A stretch of DNA of 64,000 bases from Patellaria atrata CBS 101060 (taxonomy: Eukaryota), in contig MU006092.1 in assembly GCA_010093705.1 (NCBI GenBank), positions 254,623 to 318,622 on the forward strand, read 5' to 3'. Both the position numbers and the translations under genes were made by a program. Every line of letters starts with the position of its first letter. The first letter of the stretch is position 1. Under the pieces are notes generated by a model. The model did no database searches, was not told where the DNA came from, and was given only the letters and a program-made list of their open reading frames with translations. This document shows positions 63,122 through 64,000 of this stretch, one piece after another.

Positions 63122-63634
63122 CTATCTATATGACATATAGTACTCGAATTCGCCCAAAACACTTGGATCTGGGTACTGGTACTCAGTGTTGTAAGAGGTA
63201 GGAGCAGTGGCTAAAGCATTCTCGAAACTTATATTCTTAGGTTCCACAACATCGGGCATCGTGTAGGATGGTTCCTGCACGATGTATGAGGTAAGAGCAT
63301 TAGCTGTATTATCCCAGAAACTTGTATCCTCAAGTTCTGAACTCCCTGATATCGGGGGTGGTGGTTCCTGTAAGTTCGGTGCCAATGTTGTATTTTTGAG
63401 CTTATTGCTCTTCGGCTTCTTGATCTTCCCCGATTTGACGGCGCACCCTTCCTTCTCAACACGACCCTTCCTTGGCCCATACTTCCTCTTATTGGCTTTT
63501 ATGATCTGACTCATTGTCATACCACTGCTGAGGGCATCACGAGTCTGCTGGTTGAGGTTGAACCATCCATTGTTGGCGTTATTGACAATGATCTGTTGAT
63601 GGTTCTGAGGAAGTAGAGGAAGCTGAAGTGCCAT
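63122..63634 (-). CDS. Hypothetical 170-aa protein with a basic (NLS-like) patch and acidic/Pro-rich C-terminus
   Basis: Intact ORF with CAAAATG start context and an upstream AT-rich element. An adjacent paralogue supports coding origin. Confidence 0.6.
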   Translation of the reverse strand: MALQLPLLPQNHQQIIVNNANNGWFNLNQQTRDALSSGMTMSQIIKANKRKYGPRKGRVEKEGCAVKSGKIKKPKSNKLKNTTLAPNLQEPPPPISGSSELEDTSFWDNTANALTSYIVQEPSYTMPDVVEPKNISFENALATAPTSYNTEYQYPDPSVLGEFEYYMSYR

Positions 63635-64000
63635 TTTGAATAGATATGTTTGTGTTTATTTAAGTGGATGAGTGTTTAGATGTATATGTGTGAGTATTTA
63701 TATGGATATGGGAATGTCAATATGTGCGTGTGTCTGTGTGTGTGAGGATTGTCTGAGGAAAGAAAAACAAAAGGGAAAGCAAGGGAAAAAAGGAAGATTT
63801 ATAGACCTCGTGGGCTTCATCTTCTGGTAGCGGATGAAGGCCAAAATCGAACGCATTACTGCAATAAAGGCTTCAGGTACACGGATTCCCGGCAACTCAC
63901 TAGGCTGGTATGCTTCAATGGGCTTGAAAATCCTCAGTACCCACAAATTCTTGACTAGCGGTTGTGTTGTATGATTTCGAGGCATCACATATGGTCCGGC

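Noticed and set aside
1..64000. tRNA, rRNA or telomeric repeats
   Set aside because: No convincing cloverleaf, rRNA-like segment or TTAGGG array was seen by eye. tRNAscan-SE and Infernal would be needed to exclude them.

Overview
Intron-containing filamentous ascomycete (Pezizomycotina-like) genomic DNA. A core block at about 5-23.5 kb holds a Ser/Thr-rich single-pass membrane protein, an Asp f 7/RlpA-like protein, an F-box protein, a Rud3-like golgin, GUK1, septin CDC10, MRPL32 and SKI8/REC14. A second core block at about 41.7-47 kb holds CHK1 and the RGS protein FlbA. The ~18 kb between them lacks recognisable host genes. It contains two decayed LINE copies, two families of solo LTRs, and a cryptic, highly diverged array of ~600-bp units in two oppositely oriented blocks. 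The units share a CTTAAA upstream element, a CCCC-TGAA-GGGG hairpin-like motif and traces of a small Met-rich membrane peptide. The left end has two disrupted BTB/POZ paralogues arranged tail-to-tail around a GAAC/GAGC low-complexity tract. The right end has a ~1455-aa gene fusing a homeodomain-like region, C2H2 fingers, a non-RD Ser/Thr kinase and a retropepsin-like domain, followed by an orphan gene and its decayed duplicate. CDC10 has a possible cryptic intron over its stop codon that would give an alternative C-terminus. All calls come from manual reading and motif recognition; no database searches were run. Exon boundaries are predictions.
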